Source: Octopus sinensis (taxonomy: Eukaryota). From it: 64,000 nt of DNA. The DNA lies in contig NC_043000.1 in the NCBI RefSeq assembly GCF_006345805.1, forward strand, positions 110,546,001-110,610,000, read 5' to 3'. The translations under genes and the position numbers were made by a program. Each line of letters begins with the position of its first letter. Position 1 is the first letter of the stretch. Positions 52,366 to 64,000 of the stretch are shown here, piece by piece. The notes beneath the pieces were generated by a model. The model saw only the letters and a program-made list of their open reading frames with translations, did not search any database and was not told the DNA's origin.

Positions 52366-53519
52366 TATATAATATATATATTAGATATATAGATATCTGT
52401 ATGTATGTATGTATGTATATATACCTAATATACACTACGGGCTTCCACACAGTTTTGCCGCTAAATTCACTCAAAAGGCATTCACTGTCCGATGATATTC
52501 TCTGGCAACTTCACATACTAGACTCAATTGTCTACAAAAATCTTCTAAATATGAGACAAAACGCAACAAATCTCTCATTAAGCATTTTGTTGAAGTTTCA
52601 ATTTCTGTTTTTTTTTTTTGCCTCCAAACTTTGACGAGAAACATACAACAGCAAATACAAGAAACGAAAGAGTTAGCTTTGTTTTCTTTTACGTCCGCAC
52701 AACTTTACTTTCTCGCTGTACCTCGTGGTCTGAAAAATTCTAAATATTTTCACGTGTTTATGCAGTTATTTTTATCCAGATGAGGTGGTCGATCATTTTT
52801 TAAACACATCAAGTTTTTCGTCATAAAACAATTTCTAGGAAATGTCTAAAACATTCCTCTGTGCACGTTTGAAAAGGGTTTGGCAAATGATGTGACGAGT
52901 AAACACAAATGAAAGGATTTAATATCGGGTGGGTGTTACAAATGTGTTCGTTCTTTATGTCCACCCGTCCATACATGCACGCACCCTCAACTTTAAATTT
53001 TCTGTCGTTTTGTCACTAAGTTTAATAGATTTTTTAAAGATTTAGCGACGGAATGCGGGTTTAACACCGTTTCATACCGTTTCGCGAGATGATACAACAC
53101 ACACACACACACACACCACACACACACAAGAAACATTCCCTAGCGCATCTAAATTTCTATATCACAGATGCTCTGTCTCTTTTGATCTGTCCGCCTATTT
53201 GTCTGTCTGCTTTTCTTTCTCCCTCTCCCTTCTCTATCTCCCTCTCCTCTCGCTTTCTCTCTCTCCCTCTCTCCTCGCTTTCTCTCTCTCCTTTCTCTCC
53301 TTCAGCTATTAGTATGGCCTCTACTGCGTCGTACCAGGTAACAATATAACAATTCTAACCTCACACCGCAACCCTTTCTCTAATTCCTCAAATTATGACT
53401 CCCTAATATACTGTCTGGACCCAACACTAACCCCTAAACCCATTCCTTCCTTCTGGTATTCCCTTTCCATCCACGTGATTTTATTATATTTGATGTCTGA
53501 ATTGAGGACGACTTTGTTG

Positions 53520-53995
53520 AGAACTGGCAGAATTTTTAGCGCGTCGAACAAAATGCTTACACATTCCATTCTGAATTCAAATTCCGCCTACGTCGACTGT
53601 GCCTTTTATCCCTTTAGGGCCGATAAAATATAGTACCAGTCAAATACGGGGGTCGATGTAATCTACTTGCTTCACTCCCAAAATTGTTGGCTTTTGCGAA
53701 AATTAGAAAGAATTTTTAGTCTATAAAAATTCTCTTTCCAAAAATCTGTCTTTACTTGTTTCAGTCATTAGACTGCCGCCATGCTGGGGCACCGCCTTGA
53801 AGAACGTATCGACCCCAGTACTTTTTATTTCTAAGTCTGGTACATATTCTATCCGTCTCTTGTAGCCGAACCGCTAAGTTACAGTGGCGTAAACGCATCA
53901 CCAACGGTTTTTAAGCGGCGGTGGTGGTGGTGGTGGGGCAAACGCAGACCCAAAGACAGCCCCCCCACACATCTACACACGCGCACACACACTCG

Positions 53996-54034
<39 letters not shown>

Positions 54035-54170
54035 GCACATTCGCACGCACACGCACACAGCTACATACACACATAGCACATACGACGGGCTTCTTTCAGT
54101 TTTCGTCTACCAAATCCTCTCAGAATACTTTGGTCGGCTCGGGGTTGTAGTAGAAGACATTTGCTCAAGA
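53520..54170. mobile_element. Family-A SINE (+, 53520-53715) and family-B SINE (-, 53750-54170)
   Basis: Degenerate matches to both families. Confidence 0.6.
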
Positions 54171-54619
54171 ACCCGGACCCATATGGGTCGGACAGCTAGC
54201 TCCCTGCCCCACAGCAACGCCTTCTTCCTTTCTTTACTTGAAAATCCCCAGCCTTGGAAGATTGACGCCCAGACATTCCACATTAAATGCCACAACCGTG
54301 TGTAACCATTTATTGCTCGTATAATTACTGGTATGGATTGTTTCGGTCTAAAACGGTTTTGTCCCAAACAACATCATTAAAATTGTTGCTGTTGTTGTTA
54401 TTGTGGCCGTCTCTGTATAGTTGTTGTTGTTGTTGCTGCCGTTCCTGTTGTTGGTGGTTTTAGTGTTGTTGTTGTTGTTTAGCCTGTGTTGAACTCTGAA
54501 TGAGTATAAATATGAACAAAGACATTCCAGCTGAGACCATCCTGTCATTTAGGTGTGTATCTTACTCTATCGACATTATCCAATCTCAAAACAGACATCG
54601 CTTTCATCAACAACTGAAG

Positions 54620-54990
54620 TATCACCACCACCACCACCACCACCACCACCATCATCACCACCAAAACCACCACCATCACCACCATCACCACCATCACCAC
54701 CAAAACCACCACCACCATCACCACCAAAACCAAAACCATCACCACCACCACCACCATCACCACCACCATCACCACCACCACCACCACCACCATCACCACC
54801 AAAACCCCCCACCATCACCACCATCACCACCAAAACCAAAACCCCCACCATCACCACCACCACCACCACCACTAACAACAACATCACCACCATTCACCAC
54901 TACCACCAACGCCGCCGCCGCTACTGTCACCATCACCACTGCCGTCAACCATCGCCGCCACCGCCGTCAACCATCGCCGCCACCACCTTC
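54620..54990. repeat. (CAC/CAT)n microsatellite region
   Basis: Visible directly. Confidence 0.9.
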
Positions 54991-55857
54991 GTTGATTCTA
55001 TCTCTGGAAGAATCTGTGGTCAATAAGACCTGGAAAGGGACAGACAGGCTCCGACAGGTTTAAAATAACCAAAATGCATTTATAATATGTCAGGGACGAC
55101 GTCCCCCTTGCGATTCCGTCAAGATATAAAGGCCCAAGGAAAGAAAGACAGAGAGAGAGAGAGAGAGGGTGGGAGAATGAGAGCGAGTGGTGGGGAGAGA
55201 ATGTGTGTGTGTGTGTGTGTGAAAGAGAGAGAGAGAGAGAGAGAGAGTGTGTGTTATTCCGTTGCACTCACACACACCCGAACCCATTCGTCTAAAATCA
55301 CCCAAAACAGCAGTGAGAAACCGATTGTTTATTTTTCCATGGCGGCGGCGGCGGTGGGGGGTGGGGTGGGGAGTGGAATTTTAGTCATCTCCCCGAGAAG
55401 AATGTCTTTATCAGAAGCGAGTGAGTCAATATCCATTGACAATAAGAATAATTTGGGACGAGAGGACAATGAAACAAGTTTTTTTTCTCTTCTTTTTGTT
55501 TTTCCAAAATACTTTTCTTTTTTTTTTTTTTTATCACATGAAAGAAAAAACAAGAAAAAAATTCTTTCTGATAAAGAAAAATTTTCTTAAAAGAAACTGC
55601 TGGTAATTTTTTCAGAGAGAGAGAGACAGAGAACCAGTTTTCAGCTGACAGATATGAAGTTAGTAGTCACGTGAGACCACTGTGCACGTGATATAGCAAG
55701 TAAACAGCGACATATCTCTCACCTGAAACATTCCTTTCTCTGCATACCTTCTCATATGAATAATCTTCCAGTTTGTTTGTGAAATGACTGCAGAAGTTGT
55801 ATTACAACTGGCCAGGCCTGATCGTGAAATAAAATCCATGATCAAAGCTTTATCAAC

Positions 55858-56278
55858 ACCTATTTCTTTACTACCCACAAGGGGCTAAACACAGAGAGGA
55901 CAAACAAGGACAGACAAACGGATTAAGTCGATTATATATGGACCCCAGTGCGTAACTGGTACTTATTTAATCGACCCCGAAAGGATGAAAGGTAAAAATC
56001 GACTTTGGCGGAATTTGAACTCAGAACGTAGCGGCAAACGAAATACCTATTTCTTTACTACCCACAAGGGGCTAAACACAGAGGGGACAAACAAGGACAG
56101 ACAAACGGATTAAGTCGATTATATCGACTCCAGTGCGTACCTGGTACTTATTTAATCGACACCGAAAGGATGAAAGGCAAAGTCGACCTCGGCGGAATTT
56201 GAACTCAGAACGTAACGGCAGGCAAAATACCACTAAGCATTTCGCCCGCTGCAATAACGGTTCTCCCGACTCGCCGCC
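55858..56278 (-). mobile_element. Tandem dimeric family-A SINE with TSD
   Basis: CTTTATCAACAC on both flanks; ~190-nt unit repeated. Confidence 0.8.
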
Positions 56279-56574
56279 TTTATCAACACAACCATGACAG
56301 CCAATTCAATCCCGCCTAAACTATTTTCCTCTCATGTGTATCGCAGGGGAAACGCAGGACATATTTTCCTGGCATCCATGCTTCATATATGATAAACATC
56401 CCCAATTTTTTCAACGACGAGAGTAACGTGGGACTTATGGAAAAAGGGATGCATACATGCATGCACACATTTGTACATACATGCCTAATAGTACCCTTAT
56501 CAGACGGGTAGTCATGATGGGTATACTGGGTTTCGTATATTTGTATCCCAGTGTCACTTTGATGCTCTGTCACT

Positions 56575-56611
<37 letters not shown>

Positions 56612-56622
56612 ATATATATACA

Positions 56623-57081
56623 CAGGGGTTGGATAAAATAATGGAAACACCTTAAAATTTCAAACAAATTAATTTTAATATGGGGTAGGACTGCTTTGGC
56701 ATTAATTACAGCTTGAATTCTACGAGGTATGGACTCATACAGAGTTTGAATTATTTCCAAAGGAATTTTTGTCCGTTCTTCAGCTAATTTTGAGAGCTGT
56801 ACTTTTGTGATCCTTTCTAACAATTCGCGTAAGAGTCCGACGGTCCCTATCTGAAAGTTTTGGTCTTCTTCCAGAGTTTTGTTTCAACATGGAAGTTTTC
56901 CCCTCTTTCTCAAAGGCTGTCATTACTTTCGGGACAGCACTTTAGCAAAACACATTAAGCAACACTAATAATAAACAAAAAAGAACAACATAAAAATAAA
57001 CAAGCTTTTGACGGTTTTACAGATATTTCAAAATTATGATGCTATGATGCTAGATGTTTCCATTATTTTGTCTAGCCCCTG
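56623..57081 (-). mobile_element. Tc1-like internally deleted transposon
   Basis: TIRs CAGGGGTTGGATAAAATAATGGAAACA / TGTTTCCATTATTTTGTCTAGCCCCTG|TA; IPLEIIQTLYESIPRRIQAVINAK transposase C-terminus. Confidence 0.85.
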
Positions 57082-57701
57082 TACACACACATGCGCGCAC
57101 GCACACACAACACAAAAGCACTCGTCGTTGGTAATTTCGTTGAGCTTGTTATCGGATATGTTAGTCAAAATTTGAATTAAAAGAGTGACCTTTGGTGTTG
57201 ACCTGCTTCCTTCCATATTTTAATAAAACGTATGTATTCTCAGGTTATAGGCTTTGGAAAAGACAGTGACCAGGCAAAACCTTTAACACATCGGTCAAAA
57301 AATGCTTAGCGGCATTTCTTCTGACTTTCTGGGTTCAAATCCCAAGGAGGTCAGCTTGTCCTTTCATCTCTTTCGGGTTGACAGAATAAAGTACCAGTCA
57401 CGCACTGGGGGATGGGGGGCAACGTAATAGATTTATCCCCACCTCCCCGAAATACTTGGCCTTGAACTCTGCAACAGAATCTCGCTCTGGAGAAATATTT
57501 ATGTGACATGGGAATTGGTTCATTTATATACCGTGGGAACTAGGTGACCGGCCTTAAGAGACCCAGGGCTTGAGAAGAAACAATACTGTGGGAGCACTGC
57601 ACTTAAGATAGGAAGTTGATCTTAAACATTCGATTCACTCAGGCGTAGGAGTGGCTGTGTGGTATGTAGTTTGCTTACCAATCAAATGGTTCCGGGTTCA
57701 G

Positions 57702-57763
57702 TCGAACCTGGATTCTCATTTCTAAGGTATTTTTCGATGTTGTTATTATTGTTATTGTTGTTG

Positions 57764-57829
<66 letters not shown>

Positions 57830-57900
57830 TCACTGCCTGGAATCGAACTTGGAATCTTGGGGTTTGTAGCTCGCGCTCTCAACCACTACGCCTTATGCTC
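57702..57900 (-). mobile_element. tRNA-derived SINE with internal (AAT)n, between family-B fragments
   Basis: Minus GGCGTAGTGG...AAGTTCGATTCC box A/B. Confidence 0.6.
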
Positions 57901-58368
57901 ATGAGAATATCTACCGCAGGACTTATTCTTTATAAGCCTAGAAATTATTCTATCGGCCTCTTTAGACTAATGTTCTCTAATGCAAAACCATGAAATTGAA
58001 AGAGTTGTGATCGAAGTTACACAGTATAAACAGGGACATGTTCCCAAACACACACGCGCGCGTGCGAGCACACACACACACACACTTCATTAAGGGATTC
58101 TCTCCAAAATTGAATGTTTGAAGGTAAAGCAGAGAATTGCATTTCTATTCCAAATGTGGGTCATCTCTACAAATGTTCACGTATAGATATGTTTGGCATT
58201 GGCATGTGCTAGCTTTGCGTCTATACATATGTGTATTTGTATTATCTCCCTAGTTTTATGTGCTAAGCCACTTGGTGTTAAACTGATGGTATTATTAAAT
58301 TAATATCAAATTTTTCACCCTCATTTATAAATGTATATATATATATATAATATATATATATATATATA

Positions 58369-59513
58369 ACGGGAAGCTTTATGAAAATAAACAAAAGACG
58401 AAGGCAGGTGGAAGACAAACGAACAATTGTATTAGTATGGCGCTCAGGAAATATAATTAAAACAAGTCTTTAACGTTTCGAGCCTACGCTCTTCAACAGA
58501 AAGATACACAGAGAGAGAAAAACACAGAAAGAAGGAGAGAAAAAAATGCGTGCAGTAGCTAACGAATCAACATGGCGATCTGATTTCGGCCAGAGGTCAA
58601 AGATCAAACATGAGACGCGAGAGCGAAATAAGGGGAGATAATAGGGTTGATAAAAGGGTTGAGTGACCAGCTAAAAGTGCGTGGGAGGGGTCTGGATGTG
58701 TGTATGTATAGGGTTGGTGTATGTATTAGTATGTATACGGGTTGTGTGTGTGTGTGTGGTTGTGTGTATGAGAGGTATTAGTGCGTAAGATTGGTCTGGA
58801 CGTGCGTATGTATGGGGTTGGTGTATGTATTAGTATGTATTAGTATGTATTAGTACGTATTGGTATGTAATATGTGTGTGTGTGTGTGTGTGAGAGAGTA
58901 TAAGTGCGTATGCGGGTCCTGGACGTGTGTATGTATAGGGTTGGTGTAAGTATTAGTATGTACTAGTATGTATTAGTACGTATTAGTATGTATTAGTTGG
59001 TGGTTGTATTAGTATGGCACATCATATGTGATGTGATGTGTAAGTCATGTGGTGTAGTGAGGAGAAGAGGGGGGGAGAAGAGGGGGGAGAGGAAGAAGAG
59101 GGGGAGGAGAAGGGGGAAGAGGAGACGATGGGGGAGAAGGAAGGTGAGGAGGGGGATGAAGGAGGAAAAGGGAGAGGGGGAGAGAGAGAAGGGGAGAGAG
59201 GGAGTAGGGAGCAGAGGGAAGGGGAAGAGGGAGGGAGAAAGAGGGAAGAAGGGAAGGGGAGTAGGGGTGAAAGGATGAAGGACTGAAGAAGTAGGGGTCG
59301 GGGGGGAGAAAGGATAGGTGAGGAGGGGGGAGAGGGGGGTTAGATGAGGAGGGGGGGAGAGTTGAGACCAAATGGCGTATAAGAGCGAAGAGAGAAGATT
59401 AATTCCTGTTCACGGCGCAAACGGGAATCCGGATGGCCTCTGTGTAAGGACAAACCGAACACAGATAGGTGTTGCAAGGAGTGACCGGTGGAGCGGAAAT
59501 GGCGTGAGACCGG
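58369..59513 (-). mobile_element. 5'-truncated Penelope-like retroelement: GIY-YIG C-terminus, repeat-rich 3' UTR and HHR
   Basis: 59513-59340 reads PVSRHFRSTGHSLQHLSVFGL...SRLRREQELIFSLRSYTPFGLN; HHR near the 3' end. Confidence 0.8.
58468..58503 (-). ncRNA. Type I hammerhead motif (A6U)
   Basis: Minus: CTTT-CTGTTGA-A-GAGC gtag GCTC-GAAA-CG-TT-AAAG. Confidence 0.6.
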
Positions 59514-59581
59514 TGTGTATATATAAGAGATAATGGTGTATATATAAGAGATAATGGTGTATATATAAGAGATAATGGTGT
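59514..59581. repeat. 21-bp tandem repeat x3
   Basis: GTGTATATATAAGAGATAATG. Confidence 0.85.
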
Positions 59582-59756
59582 CATTGGACCCAAAGGTGTC
59601 AGGTAATGCTGAATAAGTGCTATAGACAGACCATAGTTAAGTTCCAGATTCGGTAATATTGCGAATAAAGAGTTCAACGTTGGTTCTATGTCAGCGTGTG
59701 TATATATGAATTTTTTTGCGTAATAAGATAAAAAACTAAGGCTGTATAGATAGAAG

Positions 59757-59808
59757 GTCTTACAGCTGTTTCTAGGATATTAATTAATAATATCCCTTCA
59801 TCGGAGAC
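59757..59808 (-). ncRNA. Type I hammerhead motif (U4C)
   Basis: Minus: GTCT-CCGATGA-A-GGGATATTA..TAATATCCT-A-GAAA-CAGCTG-TA-AGAC. Confidence 0.6.
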
Positions 59809-60194
59809 GGTGTGAGAGGATAGTTAAGTCATAGTTAGTTTAGATGTGATGCAAAATAGAGAGTGAGGTAGAGGAAAGAAAATAGATGTAAGGTATGTAT
59901 GGGTATTGAAGTTGTAAATCCATTTTATAGACATAATGGTATATATGCAATATTCCAATATTTTTTGAGTAAAATCCAAAAGTTCAACAGAGTTTAATAT
60001 AAGTCCTTCCAAATATAGAGTTTATAAGCAATGTAAGATTCCCTTATGAGTGAGATCCAGCAGATTTTTTTAACTTGGTCATTCCCAGTAGGGAATTACC
60101 CATACATATCTTACATCTATTTTCTTTCCTCCACATCACTCTCTATTTTGTATCACATCGAAACTAACTATGACTTAATTTTTCCTCTCACACT

Positions 60195-60246
60195 GTCTCC
60201 GATGAAAGGATATTATTAATTAATATCCTAGAAACAGCTGTAAGAC
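60195..60246 (+). ncRNA. Type I hammerhead motif (U4C)
   Basis: GTCT-CCGATGA-A-AGGATATTA..TAATATCCT-A-GAAA-CAGCTG-TA-AGAC. Confidence 0.6.
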
Positions 60247-60321
60247 CTTCTATCTATAAATGCTCTAATATCTATACAGCCTCGGTTTTTTATCTTATCA
60301 CACAAAAAAATTCTTATATAA

Positions 60322-60386
60322 ATGGCGGTGCCCCAGCATGGCCACAGCTCATTAGGTGAAACTGGAAAAATCAAAATCAAAATCAA

Positions 60387-60418
<32 letters not shown>

Positions 60419-60635
60419 TCTTTTATTCTTTTATTCTTTTACTTGTTTCAGTCATTTGACTGCGGGCATGCTGGAGCACCGCCTTTAGTCGAACAAATCT
60501 ACCTCAGTACTTATTCTTTGTTAGCCTAGAAATTATTCTATCGTTCTCTTTAGCCGAACCGCTAAGTTACGGGGATGTAAATACACCAACATCGGTTGTC
60601 AAGCAATGCTAGGGGGACAAACACACACGCACAGA
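60322..60635. mobile_element. Family-B SINE tails, tail-to-tail
   Basis: GGCGGTGCCCCAGCATGGCC (+) and 60420-60635 (-). Confidence 0.65.
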
Positions 60636-60838
60636 CATATATATATATATATTTCTAAAGAAGACTACGGCAGCGGTACTGGAAATTAACAGTTATCGCC
60701 AAGCTAATATGGCAGTCCATAAATATAAGACTTAAGCTGCTGTTGATTAGCTCCTAGAGGCCATCGCATCTAGCTAGCTATATAACACACGAACCTGTGT
60801 CCATTATAACCTTATATTAATAATAATAATAATAATAA

Positions 60839-60913
<75 letters not shown>

Positions 60914-61183
60914 TTATTTTATTTATTTATTTATTTAAATAATTTTTAATTTGCTCATATTAGAGTAATGTTTTTTCATGCAAAACTAAATTTCAAAAAG
61001 AGGAAAAAAGAAGGAAAGAGGAAGCAAAAAGATTTTCAGTGACGACCACACTGCACCTGTTTTTTTTTTTTTTGAAGAGGTCACCATCCTTAAATCCATT
61101 CCAAATACAATGGTAAATACCTAAATAAATAAATGAATGAATGAATGGCGAATAGGAAGGGGGATCCGCATTCTCTCTCTCCC

Positions 61184-61374
<191 letters not shown>

Positions 61375-64000
61375 CTGGATCTCAAAGTAAAGATAATATT
61401 CGTAGACCCGGAGGGTAGACTGGTCGTCCTGGATGTCGACGGCAGCAATGGGTGCGCTTTTCGACTCGTATGAGTCTACGCACCGCCCTTAACAGGTCGG
61501 GCGGATTTCTTTCAACGTCTAGAAATATTATTGGGAACGTCTCGTCCTTTACTCTTAGTGGGGGATTGGAATGCTACCTTGGACACGCATGTAGACTACG
61601 TGGGCAGAGATAGGAATAGACGGGGATGCAAATGCCTCAGAGACCTGCTCAGACGCTTTCAACTGTCTGACAGGTTCTGACTAGACCACCCTATTGCGCC
61701 AACGTGGACATGGAGCAACCGCATCGGGTCGTCGAGATCGTATCTAGATAGGATACTGTGTAGGACAGTTGATAAAGATAGCATAGGATGTCCACAATTC
61801 CACATAGTCAGCTACACGGATCACAAACTTGTGACATGTACGCTAGACTTAGGTAAGACACTTAGGAAGGGTCCCGGATACTGGAAACTAAACGCATCTT
61901 TTCCATCGAGACAGGTTTTCAGAGACCGGATTAGCACACTAGTAAAGAGGGCTTTGACGGGAGCCATCATCAACAATAAATGGTGGTTTGCCCTCAAGAG
62001 AGCAGTAAAAGCAGAAGCGATTAGGTACAGCAAAGCACTAGCCATAGATAGAAATAGAGTAGAGGGTGAGCTAGTTAAGAAGCTAGAAGAGGCAATTAGA
62101 AGCGGCATCGCATCCGACGTTTTGGCGGCGAGGTTGGCCCTCGACCAACACTTCAACACCAAACACGAAGGGTGTGCTGTCAGAGCTAGGATGCGTTCTC
62201 TAAGGAACGAAGGTGTTGGAGCCGCGAGAGAGGCCCGGGTACCAGAGGCGCAACAGGGCAACAAAGCCACGATTCGGTCTCTGGTAGATGAACAGGGGCG
62301 CGAATTGCTCGAGCCAAGTAAAATGTGTGAGGCCTTTCAACAGCATTTTGCCCGACTGTTCGGGACGAGTGGCGGGCAAGAACGTAGGGTGGACTTCAGT
62401 GCCTACCTACACAGCCTACAACAACTGTCGACAAGAGAGACAGGGTGCTGCGAAGGTGCCATCACGGCAGCGGAAGTGCAGGACGCGATGGCAGAATGCT
62501 CGGGGGACAAATCGCCGGGTTTGGATGGTCTACCCTACGAGCTTTACAGCTGTATGTCAGACTTGTTTGGAGACGTCTTGGCAGCGGTGTACTGCAACTG
62601 GCAGCAAAACGGGAGCATTCCTGGTTTTGTGAGCCGAGAAGCCGTAACACTGCTGAAGAAAGATCTAAACAAGGGAAATGTAATAGATAACTTTAGGCCC
62701 ATCACTCTGCTTAATGCAGACTTGAAAATTTTGGCCAAGGTGTTAGCCAAGAGGTTGGCGCTTGTCATAGAGAAACTGGTCGACAAGGCGCAAACGTGCG
62801 CCGTGCCGGGCCGGACCATCCATGACAAACTCCACCTGATGCGCTACATCATAGACAGGGTAGTTAACCAATCTGGCATGGGTGGGGCGCTGATCAATTT
62901 GGATCAATCGAAACCTTTCGATAGGGTAAACCATCGATACTCAGAGCGGCTGGCTTCGGTCCCGTCTTCCGCGGCTGGATAGCCGCTTTGTACAGAGGCA
63001 TCCGTCCGGTAATTCGCGTAAATGGACATCTATCGAGACCTTTCGACATCGCACGTTCGGTCCGTCAAGGATGCCCCCTCTCGTCGCTTCTATACGTATT
63101 GACTCTCGAGCCATTATTGCGGAAGCTGGCAACTCTGAGGGGCATCCCGCGAGAACTGGGATGCGGGACGAACGTGTCTGCATACGCGGACGACGTCACC
63201 CTCATAGTGTCTAGCCACGAGCACATCGAGCAGGTCGGCGAGACACTGAAAAACTACGAAGCGGTGACAGGAGCGAAAATCAACCGGGAAAAGTCAGTGG
63301 GCTTGCGACTAGGCACCTGGAGAAGCAAGCCCATGCCGTCCACCAGCGCCTCCGTTGTGGGACGCTGGACCGACGGTCCGGTCGAGTTGCTCGGGTCTGG
63401 TTCGGTCCGGACCTCCAAATGGAGAAGAACTGGAACGAGAAAACGAGTAGGGTGGTCACTCTCGCCCGGCAATGGGCCGAGAGGAAACTGTCCCTAGAAG
63501 GTCGGGCGGAGGTGGCGAACACGTACATCGCGTCCGTCATCTACTACCGCCTGGCCGTCGTGCCTTGTCCCGACCCTACCATCACCAAATTAGAACGCAT
63601 TCTCCTTCGCTTCTTGTGGAAAGGATGCGTCCCGATGGTCAGGCGATCCATTTGCTGTCAACACCCGTTAAAAGGAGGACTGGGCATGCAGTGGTTGATG
63701 ATGCGCTGACACGCGCTGAGACTGCGACATCTCAGGCTCTATGTAGACGACGGTGAACAGGTGTGGTCGCCGTTTGTGAGGCACGCTTTCCCGCAGCTAG
63801 CCTCCATGACCGAACTGCAGTCGTGGATCAAAAAGAGGCCGAGGAAGGGCGAATGGCACCGCGAGTGTCGCGTTGCTCTCAAGCAACTCTGCCGTCCCGG
63901 GCCGACCCTGAGTGACTCCATCACAACCTAAGCATTCTATAGGGGATTAGTGGAGGGGAGGTACGACGACGAGCTCGGGGCGAACCTGGACATCGACGAG
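61375..64000 (+). mobile_element. L1/Tx1-clade LINE ORF2 (APE endonuclease plus RT), 5'-truncated and pseudogenised; continues past the window
   Basis: VYAP, GDWN, TDH, GYWKLN, KSPGLDG, FRPITLLNADLKILAK, QGCPLS, YADD; stops near 61471, 61678 and 63707; frameshifts near 62940 and 63395. Confidence 0.9.

Larger units (their letters stand above)
59700..60320. mobile_element. Penelope-like inverted-repeat insertion (~210-bp arms)
   Basis: 59701-59905 vs 60097-60320 inverted; each arm has an HHR. Confidence 0.7.

Noticed and set aside
55329-55356. Perfect Kozak GCCGCCGCCATGG on the minus strand
   Set aside because: Encodes only MEK*; arises from a short (GCC)n run
61831-63709. Separate ORFs as host genes or an active RT
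   Set aside because: Frameshifted pieces of one inactivated Tx1/L1 ORF2; the antisense ORFs are shadows

Overview
AT-rich eukaryotic DNA that is intergenic or intronic and saturated with microsatellites. The SINE repertoire and repeat content suggest an octopus genome (inference). No host protein-coding gene could be supported; almost all listed ORFs are microsatellite translations. The window is a mosaic of tRNA-derived SINEs, non-autonomous Helitrons plus a Helitron helicase fragment, Tc1/mariner and hAT relics, R4/Dong-like fragments mostly abutting (TACA)n, RTE and CR1-like LINE ends, and a degenerate L1/Tx1 element at the right edge. The main hidden signal is about 15 type I hammerhead ribozyme (HHR) motifs from several unrelated repeat families. 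One lies downstream of a Penelope GIY-YIG C-terminus, several sit in large inverted repeats, and two are in a 552-nt tandem with retrozyme/circRNA-like architecture. Their stem III is mostly palindromic (dimer-type), and the core 3-8 pair covaries (C-G, G-C, A-U). All structures were folded by eye and none has been tested.
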